Shown: positions 9,272-19,939 of the stretch, one piece after another | How the letters are laid out: each line of letters opens with the position of its first letter | Position numbering within the stretch: position 1 is the stretch's first letter | IMG/VR virus record: IMGVR_UViG_3300028030_000011 | Location: 1-64,000 of that record | Length of the DNA stretch: 64,000 bases | Source: a virus | Direction: 5' to 3' (one strand) | Notes under the pieces: generated by a model | The model's database searches: none | The model's input: only the letters and a program-made list of their open reading frames with translations | What the model was told of the DNA's origin: nothing | Translations under genes and position numbers: made by a program

Positions 9272-9505
9272 ATGAATGATGATTTAATATTATTAATAAG
9301 CTATGTAGACTCAAAGTTGAGTCTACATAAAATTGTATTAACTGTAGAACATGGTATGAATGATAGAGAGTGGATAAACTGGAAATATTATGAAGAAGAT
9401 AGTATTCAAGAAATATACAAAAATGCATTACCTCTATATATTAAAAACCATGTTAACAAAATTATACATGTAGAGAAAATATTTCAAGCCATTATTAAAA
9501 AATAA
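9272..9505 (+). CDS. Hypothetical protein
   Basis: ORF with RBS. Confidence 0.65.
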   Translation: MNDDLILLISYVDSKLSLHKIVLTVEHGMNDREWINWKYYEEDSIQEIYKNALPLYIKNHVNKIIHVEKIFQAIIKK

Positions 9506-9517
9506 AAAGGAAACAAA

Positions 9518-10057
9518 ATGGAAAAAGATGATGTAATAGTAATAACAAGTGATGATACATGTTATGAAATAAATGTGACGCTAAATGACCTTGTAACGCC
9601 TTTCATGAAGAAGATGACCAAAGGTATGGATTACTTATTAGTCGTTGGTTCTATGGGCTTGTGGAACGGTAAAAAAGAGATTGTACCAACTTTAATTGAA
9701 GGTACTGAATTTTCTTCTGTTACAGATATGCTATCTAATGATATTAATGATATTGTTGTAAATATTTATCATAATAAATATGAACTTGAATGTTCGCATC
9801 ATGATGGTACGAACTATTATACAGTTATTCCATTTAAATGGGATATGCTAACTCATCCTGCTATGACAAGAGTTATTAAAGATTTAGATTTATATGTAGA
9901 TTTAGGTCATTTTGTAAAAGATAAAATATCTGTAATATTAAGAGCGTACAACAGTCAGAAAGAACATAAAATTCAATTTCTTGAAGAACTACATATTGAT
10001 AATCTTCCAAAAATTACAGCAGATGATTTTGTAAATAAATATGAAATAGAATTTTAA
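9518..10057 (+). CDS. Hypothetical phage protein (CSHHDGTN motif)
   Basis: ORF with RBS; GLWNG...HHDGTN motif. Confidence 0.7.
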   Translation: MEKDDVIVITSDDTCYEINVTLNDLVTPFMKKMTKGMDYLLVVGSMGLWNGKKEIVPTLIEGTEFSSVTDMLSNDINDIVVNIYHNKYELECSHHDGTNYYTVIPFKWDMLTHPAMTRVIKDLDLYVDLGHFVKDKISVILRAYNSQKEHKIQFLEELHIDNLPKITADDFVNKYEIEF

Positions 10058-10082
10058 CACTCATAAATAAAAAGGAAAAATT

Positions 10083-10772
10083 ATGATTAAAGTCGAATAT
10101 GAAATAACAAAAAATAATGGTTATATATTTACTCTATTAAATAATACAATCTCAATATCAGAACCAAAAAGAGTATTTGAATTACAATCAAAAGAATCTT
10201 ATGAAGAAAATCTAAGATATGTTCCATCATCATATATCAGAGATAAATATACTATTGAAATAAATGGTAAATATAGAAACGATGATTATGCAATAGGTAG
10301 AGGTTCAATCAATAGAGGATTCAAGAAAGCTAATTCAATTGCAAGTGCAAAGAAAAAAGATAAATCTACAGATGAAATAGTAAGTATAATTACCTCTTCA
10401 AAATATAATGATAAAGCTAAATATTTCTTGCAAGATAATAAATATTATATCTATGAAAAAGAAGAAATGCATGAGCAACCTATGAGCAAACTTGAAGAAG
10501 CGATACATGTAGTATTTAATTATTTCGAATCATACACAAAAGCAAAAGAGTACGGTAACTTTGTTGAAGCAGAATCATTAGATTATTTTGCATCAGAATA
10601 TGGATTTAAAAAGGTTTCATCGTTATTGAATCATGTTAAATTCCTACAAGATACATATGGAGCTTTTAATAGTTTCTCAGAAAGCTATGAAGAAGATATT
10701 TATGAAATATGTAGTCAAGGTAGTTCAGAAGTATTAAAAGAATATATGGAGATAGAAAATGTTACAAAGTGA
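10083..10772 (+). CDS. Hypothetical protein
   Basis: ORF with RBS. Confidence 0.7.
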   Translation: MIKVEYEITKNNGYIFTLLNNTISISEPKRVFELQSKESYEENLRYVPSSYIRDKYTIEINGKYRNDDYAIGRGSINRGFKKANSIASAKKKDKSTDEIVSIITSSKYNDKAKYFLQDNKYYIYEKEEMHEQPMSKLEEAIHVVFNYFESYTKAKEYGNFVEAESLDYFASEYGFKKVSSLLNHVKFLQDTYGAFNSFSESYEEDIYEICSQGSSEVLKEYMEIENVTK

Positions 10773-11040
10773 ATTAAAAAATAAATTTTCAAGTATACTT
10801 AAAGGTGTAAATTTTATTACACCAGAAGTTATAGAATATATAGAAGTAGATAATTATATTTGTGAAATATCTAAAGGTAAATTTTTAAATACAGACCTAT
10901 ATGGTATATCTACAGTAAATACAGATACAAACAAACATGAATTTGAATTATCTGCTGGTGGTTTTAAAACACTAGAACTTGCAAAAGCATATATTTATGA
11001 ATGTATTGGAGATAATAGGGAGGAAGAAGAGTGTGAATAA
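10759..11040 (+). CDS. Hypothetical protein
   Basis: Overlap coupling, GGAG RBS. Confidence 0.65.
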   Translation: MLQSELKNKFSSILKGVNFITPEVIEYIEVDNYICEISKGKFLNTDLYGISTVNTDTNKHEFELSAGGFKTLELAKAYIYECIGDNREEEECE

Positions 11041-11422
11041 TGAAGAGTTTCTGAAAACAAAAATAGAACCAAAAACATCATGTGGTGCATGTAATAAAGC
11101 TTATTGCTGTAAATGGGCTAAAGGAATAGATGTTTCTAATGAAGAGTGGAATAAGCTTATTCCATATATTGATAACTCTGTAATTGCAAAAATGAGAATA
11201 GCTATAAGTAGCAAAGAGAAGTATGATAATTATGATTGTGCATTTTTAAAAAACAATAAATGTATTGCTTATACTGATAGACCATTAGCATGTAAATTAC
11301 ATTATGTTAATAGTTGTAAAAAGTATTGTAATTCAAAACAATATCCAAACAGAAATATAAATATGATAGACAAGGTTGCATTATATACATTTTTACCAGA
11401 AAAAAAAACCATTGCCATCTAA
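10979..11422 (+). CDS. YkgJ/FliB-like CxxCxxxxCC cysteine-cluster protein (likely start GTG 11033)
   Basis: CGACNKAYCC...CAFLKNNKCIAYTDRPLACK. Confidence 0.75.
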   Translation: MQKHIFMNVLEIIGRKKSVNNEEFLKTKIEPKTSCGACNKAYCCKWAKGIDVSNEEWNKLIPYIDNSVIAKMRIAISSKEKYDNYDCAFLKNNKCIAYTDRPLACKLHYVNSCKKYCNSKQYPNRNINMIDKVALYTFLPEKKTIAI

Positions 11423-11469
11423 TGGTTCAGATATGATTTATAAATATAAACAGTATATAAAGGAAAAAA

Positions 11470-11802
11470 ATGAACTTATTTGAAAACGATTATCCGTCTT
11501 GGGTTGATGAAATGTTTGAAACTTCTTGCAGAATGGGTATCTGTAATAATGTAGAGCTAGAACAATCAGTATGGAATATAGCTAGACAATCTATAGAAAT
11601 TCCTAATATAGGAAACATTACATGTGGAGTAATATTTAACAGAATTGCAAGTGGATTTAAAAATAAATATGAAGAAGATTATGATTTATCATCACTTGAA
11701 GTATATATAAATTCAATTGATTCTCATATTTATCTTAATGGAGAATCAATAACAACTTATCAAGAACTATTAGACCAATTAGAATATTTAGAAAAGGATT
11801 AA
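11470..11802 (+). CDS. Hypothetical protein
   Basis: ORF with RBS. Confidence 0.7.
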   Translation: MNLFENDYPSWVDEMFETSCRMGICNNVELEQSVWNIARQSIEIPNIGNITCGVIFNRIASGFKNKYEEDYDLSSLEVYINSIDSHIYLNGESITTYQELLDQLEYLEKD

Positions 11803-11804
11803 CT

Positions 11805-12437
11805 ATGAGTCAATTAAACGTGACATTAAACCATCATACACCATTATGGGTATGTGCTAAAGCAATTAGAGAGTGTTGGGATTCACATCATATATCAGAC
11901 AGTATAGGTGGTTCATGTGGTGAGAAAGATAGAGAGTTGATTAGACGTGTAGGTGTTAAGATGAACCACTCCTCCACATTGGAGCATTTAAACTTTAATG
12001 TAACTATTGAAAAATTTCCTAGAGCTGTACTACAGGAATTTAGTCGTTCAAGAATCGGAATCTCTCCATCAATTCAAAGTAGTAGATATACTCTTAAAAA
12101 GATGATGAAAGAGGTAAATGAAGATAACATGCATAAATATTTCTACTTTACAGGAGATAAAGATATTGATGAGTTGCTGATAGCTCAAATCAATATTCTA
12201 AAACAAGCTGTATTGCTTGGTAAAAGTAATGATGATATTAAACATCTTATTCCAGAAGCAATGTATACATCTGGTTCATATACAATCAATATGAGAGCTT
12301 TTAGACACCTGATAATGCTACGACAAGGCAAAGAGGTTTATAAGCCATTCAGAGAGCTTGTGAGAGCATTAATCGACAATATGCCAACAGAGTATGAATA
12401 TCTTATTGAAGATTTATGTTTAGCTAAAGGAGATTAA
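11805..12437 (+). CDS. thyX: FAD-dependent thymidylate synthase
   Basis: HSSTLEH, RAVLQEFSRSR..S.S.QSSRY, INMRAFRHLIMLR motifs. Confidence 0.9.
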   Translation: MSQLNVTLNHHTPLWVCAKAIRECWDSHHISDSIGGSCGEKDRELIRRVGVKMNHSSTLEHLNFNVTIEKFPRAVLQEFSRSRIGISPSIQSSRYTLKKMMKEVNEDNMHKYFYFTGDKDIDELLIAQINILKQAVLLGKSNDDIKHLIPEAMYTSGSYTINMRAFRHLIMLRQGKEVYKPFRELVRALIDNMPTEYEYLIEDLCLAKGD

Positions 12438-12439
12438 TA

Positions 12440-12802
12440 ATGAAAATCAAAACACTTGAAAAACTAATGACTTATGATGAAGCATTGGAGTATATTAATA
12501 ATCATCAAGATTATAGATTTCCAACACTAGAAGAAGCAAGAGAATTAGATTATGAATATCCATACTGGGTAGAAGGTGAAAAAAAACCTGATATGGATTA
12601 TGACAATGTTTTTCTTGCTCTTACAAATATGGGAGCAAGAAATGTTCTTTATAGATTGAAAATTGTAGTTATAAAAAAAGAAAGAACAATATATGTTGCT
12701 ATAAAATTTAAAAATGCATTCAGAATGTTATTGACATCAATATTTGGAATCAAATATAATTTTATGATTGGAAAACAAGAGTATGAATTCGTGAAAGAAT
12801 AA
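12440..12802 (+). CDS. Hypothetical protein (Lcl/DUF1566-like YRFPTLEE motif)
   Basis: MTYDEALEY..YRFPTLEE..YW. Confidence 0.55.
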   Translation: MKIKTLEKLMTYDEALEYINNHQDYRFPTLEEARELDYEYPYWVEGEKKPDMDYDNVFLALTNMGARNVLYRLKIVVIKKERTIYVAIKFKNAFRMLLTSIFGIKYNFMIGKQEYEFVKE

Positions 12803-12862
12803 TATGTTATAATTTTTATGTTAAAACATAAGATTATCCTCTTCTTAATTGAAGAGGGTATT

Positions 12863-12957
12863 AACTTTTTGAGGTTTACCAGACCATTGCAAATCTAGGA
12901 ATATCACTTGGTATTCCTCAAAGAGTTTTCTACAAAAGATGTAATAGTCTGGTAAAC
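12863..12957 (+). ncRNA. Structured antisense leader element (copy H) upstream of the helicase operon
   Basis: Closing stem 12863-12874/12916-12927; antisense 12874-12891 complementary to 12940-12957; promoter TGTTATAAT at 12805-12813. Confidence 0.7.
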
Positions 12958-13019
12958 TTACTTCTTTTTTCTCTTTAAAAAAATATAAAATTACTATTGT
13001 TACTTTAAAAAGGATAACT

Positions 13020-14825
13020 ATGAAGATACAACTATACGATTATCAACAAGAAGCTGTTGATGAAATAGAATCAGAGTTTATGCTTGGTTCAAATAAAGTT
13101 ATATTATCAGCATGTACCTCTTATGGAAAGACATTTACGTCATTATTCTATGCCATAGAGAATACAATGGGTAGGGTATTTATCTCTCTATCAATATCAG
13201 CTTTAGTAGACCAATTTATAGAATCTATCAACAAACTTGAATTTGAAGATTATGGAGTTGTTAAAAGAGGATATGAGCATCTATACAATCCACAAGCTAG
13301 AATCCAAATAATTATGGATAATAGTTTTGTTAATAAACTTACTGATTTTGGTAGAGATTGTGAATTGCTCATTATAGATGAAATACATGTTAGAATAACT
13401 GGTGATAGGATGAAACAAATAATTGGTTGGTTACAACCTGAATATATTTTAGGAATGTCAGGTACACCTTATGATTCACGAGGATTCATTATAACAGGTT
13501 TTACTACCATAGAGACAATAACACTTAAAGAGTTAACAGATAGGGGTAAATTGACTCCTATACGTTATTTTACTACTAAATTTGCAACAGAAGAGGATTT
13601 ATCTTGTTACACAATTAGTGGAGATGATTATAGTCAAGAATCTTTGTCAAATTTATATAGCTCTGATGAGTATATGCGTAAAATGGTAGATGCTTATAAA
13701 AACATTGGTGATAAAATTGATTTAAATCCATATAACTGTAAAAGTATATGGCTATGCAGCACTATAGAAGCTTGTAATAAGTTGGAGGCAAAACTACAAG
13801 ATAATGGATTTGAAATATATGCTTATCATGGTAAGTTATCAGATACTGAAAGTAAGCAGTTGATGCACTCATTTAGGACAGGAGAACCACTTCCACCACA
13901 AGCAAGAAATTTATTAAATTATAATACAAGAGAAGAAAATAGATATGTTAATGGGTTAATATCAGTTCAAAAGTTAGCTGTAGGATTTGATGTTCCTGAC
14001 ATAGATATTGGTGTTGCTTGTAGCACTACAAAAGTTCGTTCAAAAATTATGCAGTACTATGGAAGATTGTGTAGGAAATCACCAAAAAAAGAAACAGCAT
14101 ACTTCTTAGACTTTGGTCAAAATATTATGCTCCATGGCTTTGCTGATGAAGATTATAAACCACTTCCACCTGATGCTGATGTTGAAGAGATAAAAGAAAA
14201 CAAAAGAAAACATTCTCTTGAATATCTTGATATTGTGTTTGATGGTTCAATTGGTTTACTTGAAATAAATAGAGAATCATACGAACTTAAATTAAAAGAA
14301 ATGAAACAAGAAGGCAAATCATTGTCTGAGTTAACAATAGAAGAGCTTAAGAATAAATTTGCAATAGAAGAAGATTATCTTGAATTGATAATTATGATGT
14401 TTGCATTTGTAAATAAAGTATATGGGTATGACGGAAAAAATGATACTCGTAATTATAAATCAAAATCATGGGATAAGGAGAACAATAGAGAAAAAGAAAA
14501 GGTAAATTATAACTTTTATAATGAATCAAAAGTTGATTGGGTAAGTGAAACATGGATAAAACTTTTCGATAAATATGATGATAAATATCTTCATAGAAAA
14601 TGGACTAAAGCTCTTAAAACAAGAATTAGAAGTGTTGTAAATTCTCAAAAGAGTATCTATAGTATTAGATTCTTTGCAGAAAAGTTAGAAGAGTGGTATC
14701 TTGAAGAGCAAGATAAAGAAATTGAAGTAGTTTATGAACCATCTGAATTAGAGAAACAATTAGAACAACAATCACAAGATGTATTTGAATATGAAATAGA
14801 AATAGATGAATCTATTCCATTCTGA
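13020..14825 (+). CDS. SF2 DEAD/DEAH-box (ResIII-like) helicase
   Basis: LYDYQ Q-motif, SYGKT, DEIH, SGTP, GFDVP, QYYGRLCR. Confidence 0.9.
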   Translation: MKIQLYDYQQEAVDEIESEFMLGSNKVILSACTSYGKTFTSLFYAIENTMGRVFISLSISALVDQFIESINKLEFEDYGVVKRGYEHLYNPQARIQIIMDNSFVNKLTDFGRDCELLIIDEIHVRITGDRMKQIIGWLQPEYILGMSGTPYDSRGFIITGFTTIETITLKELTDRGKLTPIRYFTTKFATEEDLSCYTISGDDYSQESLSNLYSSDEYMRKMVDAYKNIGDKIDLNPYNCKSIWLCSTIEACNKLEAKLQDNGFEIYAYHGKLSDTESKQLMHSFRTGEPLPPQARNLLNYNTREENRYVNGLISVQKLAVGFDVPDIDIGVACSTTKVRSKIMQYYGRLCRKSPKKETAYFLDFGQNIMLHGFADEDYKPLPPDADVEEIKENKRKHSLEYLDIVFDGSIGLLEINRESYELKLKEMKQEGKSLSELTIEELKNKFAIEEDYLELIIMMFAFVNKVYGYDGKNDTRNYKSKSWDKENNREKEKVNYNFYNESKVDWVSETWIKLFDKYDDKYLHRKWTKALKTRIRSVVNSQKSIYSIRFFAEKLEEWYLEEQDKEIEVVYEPSELEKQLEQQSQDVFEYEIEIDESIPF

Positions 14826-14841
14826 TAACAAGGAGTAAACA

Positions 14842-15666
14842 ATGGAAACATTAGAAAAAATATATAAAGAGATAATTCTTAATTCTACTCAATATAGTGG
14901 AGAAAAGAAGAAACGACAGAAGATACTTAGTGCATCACAACTACTTATTGACCCTATAGCATGGAGATTAAAGTATGAGCATGGTGTAATTGAGAGAGAT
15001 AATATAGGTCAAAATACTATAGGTTCACTATTGCAATTAGGTATAGATGAATGCGTTGACAAATATAATAAAAAACATACTGAAATACATGCATTATATG
15101 CACAAAGATTTACAGCTACATTGATAAATGATTTTACTCTATCAGGAGAAATTGACCAATTGATAGAAGTAGATGATACTCTTTGGATTATTGATAATAA
15201 ACTTATTAAACATGGTAAATTTGAACAAATCAAAAAAGAAGGAGCTTATAATGAGTATGCATTACAGGTAAGAGCATATAAGTATTTGCTACAACAATAT
15301 GACCATTATAGTAAATATAATATTCGTATGGTTTTATTTCTCTGGTTCAAAGATGGTACAAAATTTGGAAAAAAACCTTTAACTGATTATGAATTGTATG
15401 AGATAGAAGATAATTTCTCTAATAGTGAGTTTGAAAAAGAGATATTATACCCAAAAGTATTAGACCTTGAAGAGTCGCTTGTTATCCCTAGTGAAAATTT
15501 AGAACAATGTTCTAATTTGTTTTGGAACAATAGAGGAAAAGGAGAGAAATCAGAACCATTCAAATGTATGTATTTCTGTGATTATAATAAATATTGTCCT
15601 CATTATAAAAAATATAATAAAGGTGCAGGAAGAAAAAATCTAATTAATTTAATAAGTAAATTATAA
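14842..15666 (+). CDS. PD-(D/E)XK exonuclease (Cas4/AddB-like, C-terminal Cys cluster)
   Basis: LSASQL, SGEID, IIDNK, QVRAY, CMYFCDYNKYC. Confidence 0.75.
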   Translation: METLEKIYKEIILNSTQYSGEKKKRQKILSASQLLIDPIAWRLKYEHGVIERDNIGQNTIGSLLQLGIDECVDKYNKKHTEIHALYAQRFTATLINDFTLSGEIDQLIEVDDTLWIIDNKLIKHGKFEQIKKEGAYNEYALQVRAYKYLLQQYDHYSKYNIRMVLFLWFKDGTKFGKKPLTDYELYEIEDNFSNSEFEKEILYPKVLDLEESLVIPSENLEQCSNLFWNNRGKGEKSEPFKCMYFCDYNKYCPHYKKYNKGAGRKNLINLISKL

Positions 15667-15676
15667 AGGAAAAATT

Positions 15677-16519
15677 ATGAATAAAAAAAATATAAGAAAA
15701 ATGATTGAATCTAAAATGAATAAATGGGTTAATTCTATTACAGATGAAGATTTAGTGCAAAGATTAAGACAAGATATTATTGTCACAGGTGGATGCATTA
15801 CATCAATGTATTTAAATGAAAATGTAAATGATTATGATATTTACATTTCGGATAAAAAAACGTTAATGATGTTAGCTCAATATTATTGTGATAGATACAA
15901 TGATATTGAATATAAAACAGCTCGTAATAATGACATTAACTCATTTCAGAGAGCTGTAGTAAATATTGAAAATAATAGAATTGAAATTTATTATAATAAA
16001 ACTACATTAGAAGATTATGAGGGCTATCAAAATATTTCTATTAAAACAGATGATTGTATCTGTTACCCAATTATTATTACTCCAAATGCTATAACTATTA
16101 CAGAAGGCATTCAAATTATTACAAGATTCTATGGAACTCCAAATGATATTCATTCAAACTTTGATTTTGTTCATGCAACAAATTACTGGACATATAAAGA
16201 TGGTTTAGTGTTAAGAGAAGAAGCATTAGAATCAATACTGTCAAAACAACTAAGATATATAGGTTCTAAATATCCATTAGCTTCTGTAATAAGAACTAAG
16301 AAATTCATCAAACGTGGATGGAATATTACAGCAGGTCAATATTTAAAAATGCTATTGCAATTAAACAAGATGAACTTAATGGATATTAGAACGCTTAAAG
16401 ACCAACTAGAAGGAGTTGATGCTACATACTTTATTCAATTTATAGAAGCAATAAAAGATAGAAAAGATGTAGATGATACATTTATGAGTGAAATTATTGA
16501 TAAAATATTTGAGGATTAA
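15677..16519 (+). CDS. Pol-beta-fold nucleotidyltransferase-like phage protein
   Basis: IVTGGCITS...VNDYDIY and NFDFVH motifs. Confidence 0.55.
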   Translation: MNKKNIRKMIESKMNKWVNSITDEDLVQRLRQDIIVTGGCITSMYLNENVNDYDIYISDKKTLMMLAQYYCDRYNDIEYKTARNNDINSFQRAVVNIENNRIEIYYNKTTLEDYEGYQNISIKTDDCICYPIIITPNAITITEGIQIITRFYGTPNDIHSNFDFVHATNYWTYKDGLVLREEALESILSKQLRYIGSKYPLASVIRTKKFIKRGWNITAGQYLKMLLQLNKMNLMDIRTLKDQLEGVDATYFIQFIEAIKDRKDVDDTFMSEIIDKIFED

Positions 16520-16522
16520 ATA

Positions 16523-18655
16523 ATGAAAATAGATGATATAGTAAATGAAATAATCAAGGCTGGTAAACGTAAAACAGACCCAATGATTATCAAAGCTACT
16601 CTTCTTTATTTTGGAGCTATCTTGTTAAATAGATACTCTATTAGAAAAAATATAGATACTCTTCCAAATAGAATAAATGCATATTTTCTTGTATTTGCAG
16701 TATCTGGTTCAGGTAAAAGTTTTATAATAAAAATAGTTGAAAATTTATGTGATTTAGAATCTTATGCAAAACAAAGAAAAACTGTATATGAATATATTAT
16801 GGATTTATCTGAATGTGAACCAGATGACCAAACAATAAAGTTCCTACAAGGTAATGCTTACTCTCTTGGAGTATCAGGAACAAAAGAAGGATTGTTTGAA
16901 TATTGTAAAGCTTATACTACTAGTCAGTTTGGTTCTATAAACATTCAATCTGATGAGATAGGAGATAATATAAATAGTTCTAACGACCTTTTGAACCAGC
17001 TTAAACAGATGTATGATGGTAAACTTCAAAAGAAGATTATTAAAGGCTCAGAAGAAGATTTTCCTGATGATGATATACATGGAATAGTTTGTAATTTTTA
17101 TGGAACTGGTTCAAAATCAGCCATAGATGCAAAAGATAGAAAAAAGCTAACAAATCTTGTTAAATCAGGTATGTTTAGAAGAAGTATATGTATTGATTCA
17201 AAATTACAAGTTGAGAAGAAAATAATGGAAGAAGTTAATTATGAACCAATTCACAAATGGTTCATAGATTTAAATTTAAAGCATAAAAAGTCATTATCAA
17301 ATAGACTTGAAAAGTATGGAATGATTGGAACTTTAGATACTTTTATAAAATTTAGCAATAAAGCTATAGAAAAAGTAGATGATATAGATAAGCTTCTTGT
17401 TCAAAGAGCTAATAAAGATAAAATCAATGACCTTAAACAGATAGATACAGGGTCACTTGATATGATTATTAATATTGCTTGTATCATTTCTTTTTTACAA
17501 GACGATAAAGAAGTTGAAACTATACATCTTGATACAGCGTATCAATTCTTCTTAGATACTAGAGAAACAGTAGAGAAAACATTTGATGATATTCATGCTC
17601 ATGATGAAGCATATAGAGTGTTAAAGCTAAAAAGTTCTCTTACGCATAGTGAAATAATGGATATTAGTGGACTTGATATTATACCTAAAGGTAAAAACTC
17701 TTGGAAAGATACAATAGAATTAGTTCATGAGCTATGTTATCGTAATGGAGAATATCTTAAAGAGAGTAGTGGCAGGGTTAAACGATATACGATTGAGCCA
17801 TTACCTGAAACTAATTTAGACCACCTAATCTTTTCATTGTCTACTGACGATAGAGGTGCTAAAGCAATTGCATTTAATCCTGTAGAGCTTGAATGGAATG
17901 ATATTGAATATCTTGTTAAAAGTAACAAGGTTGAATCATTTACAACTTCTCATTATAAAGAAAGTAATCATACAGGAGATTATGGTCATAGAAAAGCAGA
18001 ATATGCAATACAAGGGCAAAACGTAATAGCATTCGATATAGATAGTGGGTTAACAATAGAAAAGGCTAGAGAGCTATTTTCAAGCTTTACATATTGTTTA
18101 TATACAACAAAATCACATCAAACAGAGAAAGGAGATTATTGTGATAGATTTAGAATAATATTACCAACAAAACATAAATTTTATGTTACACCTGAACAAC
18201 ATAAAGAGATGATAAAAAATGCTGAAATGGTATTAGGGTTAAAAAGTAATGATATACAAACTAGAAATGTATCTAGGCTTTGGTTCACTAATCAAAATGC
18301 TGATGAAGTAATTATTAATGATGGAGAACTATTTGATATATCAGGAATGATACCTGATACTAATAAATCAGATAAGTTTTTACCAAAACTCAAAGAGATG
18401 ATGTCTAATGTTAATCAGACTTGTGAAATGCAAGATGAAATAACCAATAGAATAAATGGATTTACTAGGTATGCAATGTCTGTAGTAGCAGTAGGTAATC
18501 TTAAAGATACACTATTTAAACTAGGAACTTTCTGTATTGATTTAGGTTATCCATTATGGGAACAAAAGATGATTGATTTTACAAGAACTATTGGCTCTCC
18601 AATGCATATTACAGAAACAACAATAAAATCTCTTAAATCAAAATATAAATTATAA
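16523..18655 (+). CDS. Helicase-primase (N-terminal P-loop ATPase, C-terminal AEP/PrimPol-like domain)
   Basis: SGSGKS and SDE Walker motifs N-terminally; AFDID, YTTKSH, DRFRIILP C-terminally. Confidence 0.7.
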   Translation: MKIDDIVNEIIKAGKRKTDPMIIKATLLYFGAILLNRYSIRKNIDTLPNRINAYFLVFAVSGSGKSFIIKIVENLCDLESYAKQRKTVYEYIMDLSECEPDDQTIKFLQGNAYSLGVSGTKEGLFEYCKAYTTSQFGSINIQSDEIGDNINSSNDLLNQLKQMYDGKLQKKIIKGSEEDFPDDDIHGIVCNFYGTGSKSAIDAKDRKKLTNLVKSGMFRRSICIDSKLQVEKKIMEEVNYEPIHKWFIDLNLKHKKSLSNRLEKYGMIGTLDTFIKFSNKAIEKVDDIDKLLVQRANKDKINDLKQIDTGSLDMIINIACIISFLQDDKEVETIHLDTAYQFFLDTRETVEKTFDDIHAHDEAYRVLKLKSSLTHSEIMDISGLDIIPKGKNSWKDTIELVHELCYRNGEYLKESSGRVKRYTIEPLPETNLDHLIFSLSTDDRGAKAIAFNPVELEWNDIEYLVKSNKVESFTTSHYKESNHTGDYGHRKAEYAIQGQNVIAFDIDSGLTIEKARELFSSFTYCLYTTKSHQTEKGDYCDRFRIILPTKHKFYVTPEQHKEMIKNAEMVLGLKSNDIQTRNVSRLWFTNQNADEVIINDGELFDISGMIPDTNKSDKFLPKLKEMMSNVNQTCEMQDEITNRINGFTRYAMSVVAVGNLKDTLFKLGTFCIDLGYPLWEQKMIDFTRTIGSPMHITETTIKSLKSKYKL

Positions 18656-18666
18656 AAGGAAAAAAT

Positions 18667-19371
18667 ATGGAAATTAAAAAATTAACTAATGAACCACCTG
18701 AAACTGTAAATATTATCATTTTTGGTATTTCAGGGTCAGGCAAGACGAGAGGAGCTGTAAACGGTCTTGAAGATTGTTTGATTGTTGGATTTGAAAAGAA
18801 CGGTCTTACATCTACTGAACCATCTCAAACAGCTGATATGGTAGAGTTTTTTGATGCTAGTGGAGTTTCAGAAGTATTAGAGATTGCTAATGCTGGTACA
18901 TATAAGACTATTGTATTTGATGGGTTTACTCACTACTCTGAATATCTTGCTAAAGCTTTCCAAGAAATTGATGATAAAACATGGGGTTTAGAGTATACCA
19001 ATTTTATAAGAGACTTCTTTGTGAACTTAATCAATTCTCCTACAAATATAGTGTTTACTATGTTAGAAGAATCTATTATCCAAGATGGGTATAAGTCTAA
19101 AGCTCCAACTATGGTAGGAGATAAATTTAGAAATACTATTGTTGCTAAAGTAGATATATGTCTTCATGCAGAGAAAATCAGTAATGATAATAGCATTTAC
19201 AGATATGTATCAGAGGGAGATATTGTCGGTAAAAATAGATTAAAAAGATTCTTCCCTGAATCATATACTCATTTTGGTCATGGAACTCAAATAGAAACTG
19301 TTCAAGATATATTGGATGTGTTGAGTGGTTCAAAAGTTATCGAAGAAGAGAAAACAGATGAAACAGCGTGA
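18667..19371 (+). CDS. AAA_24/Sak4-like NTP-binding recombination protein
   Basis: IFGISGSGKT, TIVFDG, GKNR. Confidence 0.75.
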   Translation: MEIKKLTNEPPETVNIIIFGISGSGKTRGAVNGLEDCLIVGFEKNGLTSTEPSQTADMVEFFDASGVSEVLEIANAGTYKTIVFDGFTHYSEYLAKAFQEIDDKTWGLEYTNFIRDFFVNLINSPTNIVFTMLEESIIQDGYKSKAPTMVGDKFRNTIVAKVDICLHAEKISNDNSIYRYVSEGDIVGKNRLKRFFPESYTHFGHGTQIETVQDILDVLSGSKVIEEEKTDETA

Positions 19372-19939
19372 AAAAAAACCATTAGAATGGATGGCATGGA
19401 GTACATTTCTCAGAGAAGAGAAATTAGCTCCAAAGAAAGGTATTAATGCAGAAGTTATTATCGAAGAACTTGGTATTGAATGGCAAGTAGGTAGCTATAA
19501 GTTTAATAGAGATGATTTATATAAAGTTGTAAAACATTTTAAAATTAAACCTAAAGAAGAACCAAAACTATTAAATAGAGAAATTCAAGTATATTTACTT
19601 GGTGATAACCATTATGCGTTTATAGTTCAAGATGATAAAAATAAAGTTAGTTCTGAGTTGATAACAGCTATAAGAATAGCAACAAATGACAATAGTAAAA
19701 AGACTTTATTAAATCTAAAAGAAGGAGGATTATACAATGAACAAACATATCAATTATTAACATATTGGAAACAATTTAAAGCATTTATGGAGTTCCATTA
19801 TGACATGGAATTAACAAATGCTTTTAGAGAAGAGATGGGTACTGTAAATGGTAGTAGAGTGATTATATTACCAATAGATGACCTTACAAATGCTATTATA
19901 GCAAAATTAAAAGAAACAAAAGGAAATGACAATGAGTAA
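19358..19939 (+). CDS. Hypothetical protein
   Basis: Likely ATG at 19358 within called ORF 19325-19939. Confidence 0.65.
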   Translation: MKQREKKPLEWMAWSTFLREEKLAPKKGINAEVIIEELGIEWQVGSYKFNRDDLYKVVKHFKIKPKEEPKLLNREIQVYLLGDNHYAFIVQDDKNKVSSELITAIRIATNDNSKKTLLNLKEGGLYNEQTYQLLTYWKQFKAFMEFHYDMELTNAFREEMGTVNGSRVIILPIDDLTNAIIAKLKETKGNDNE

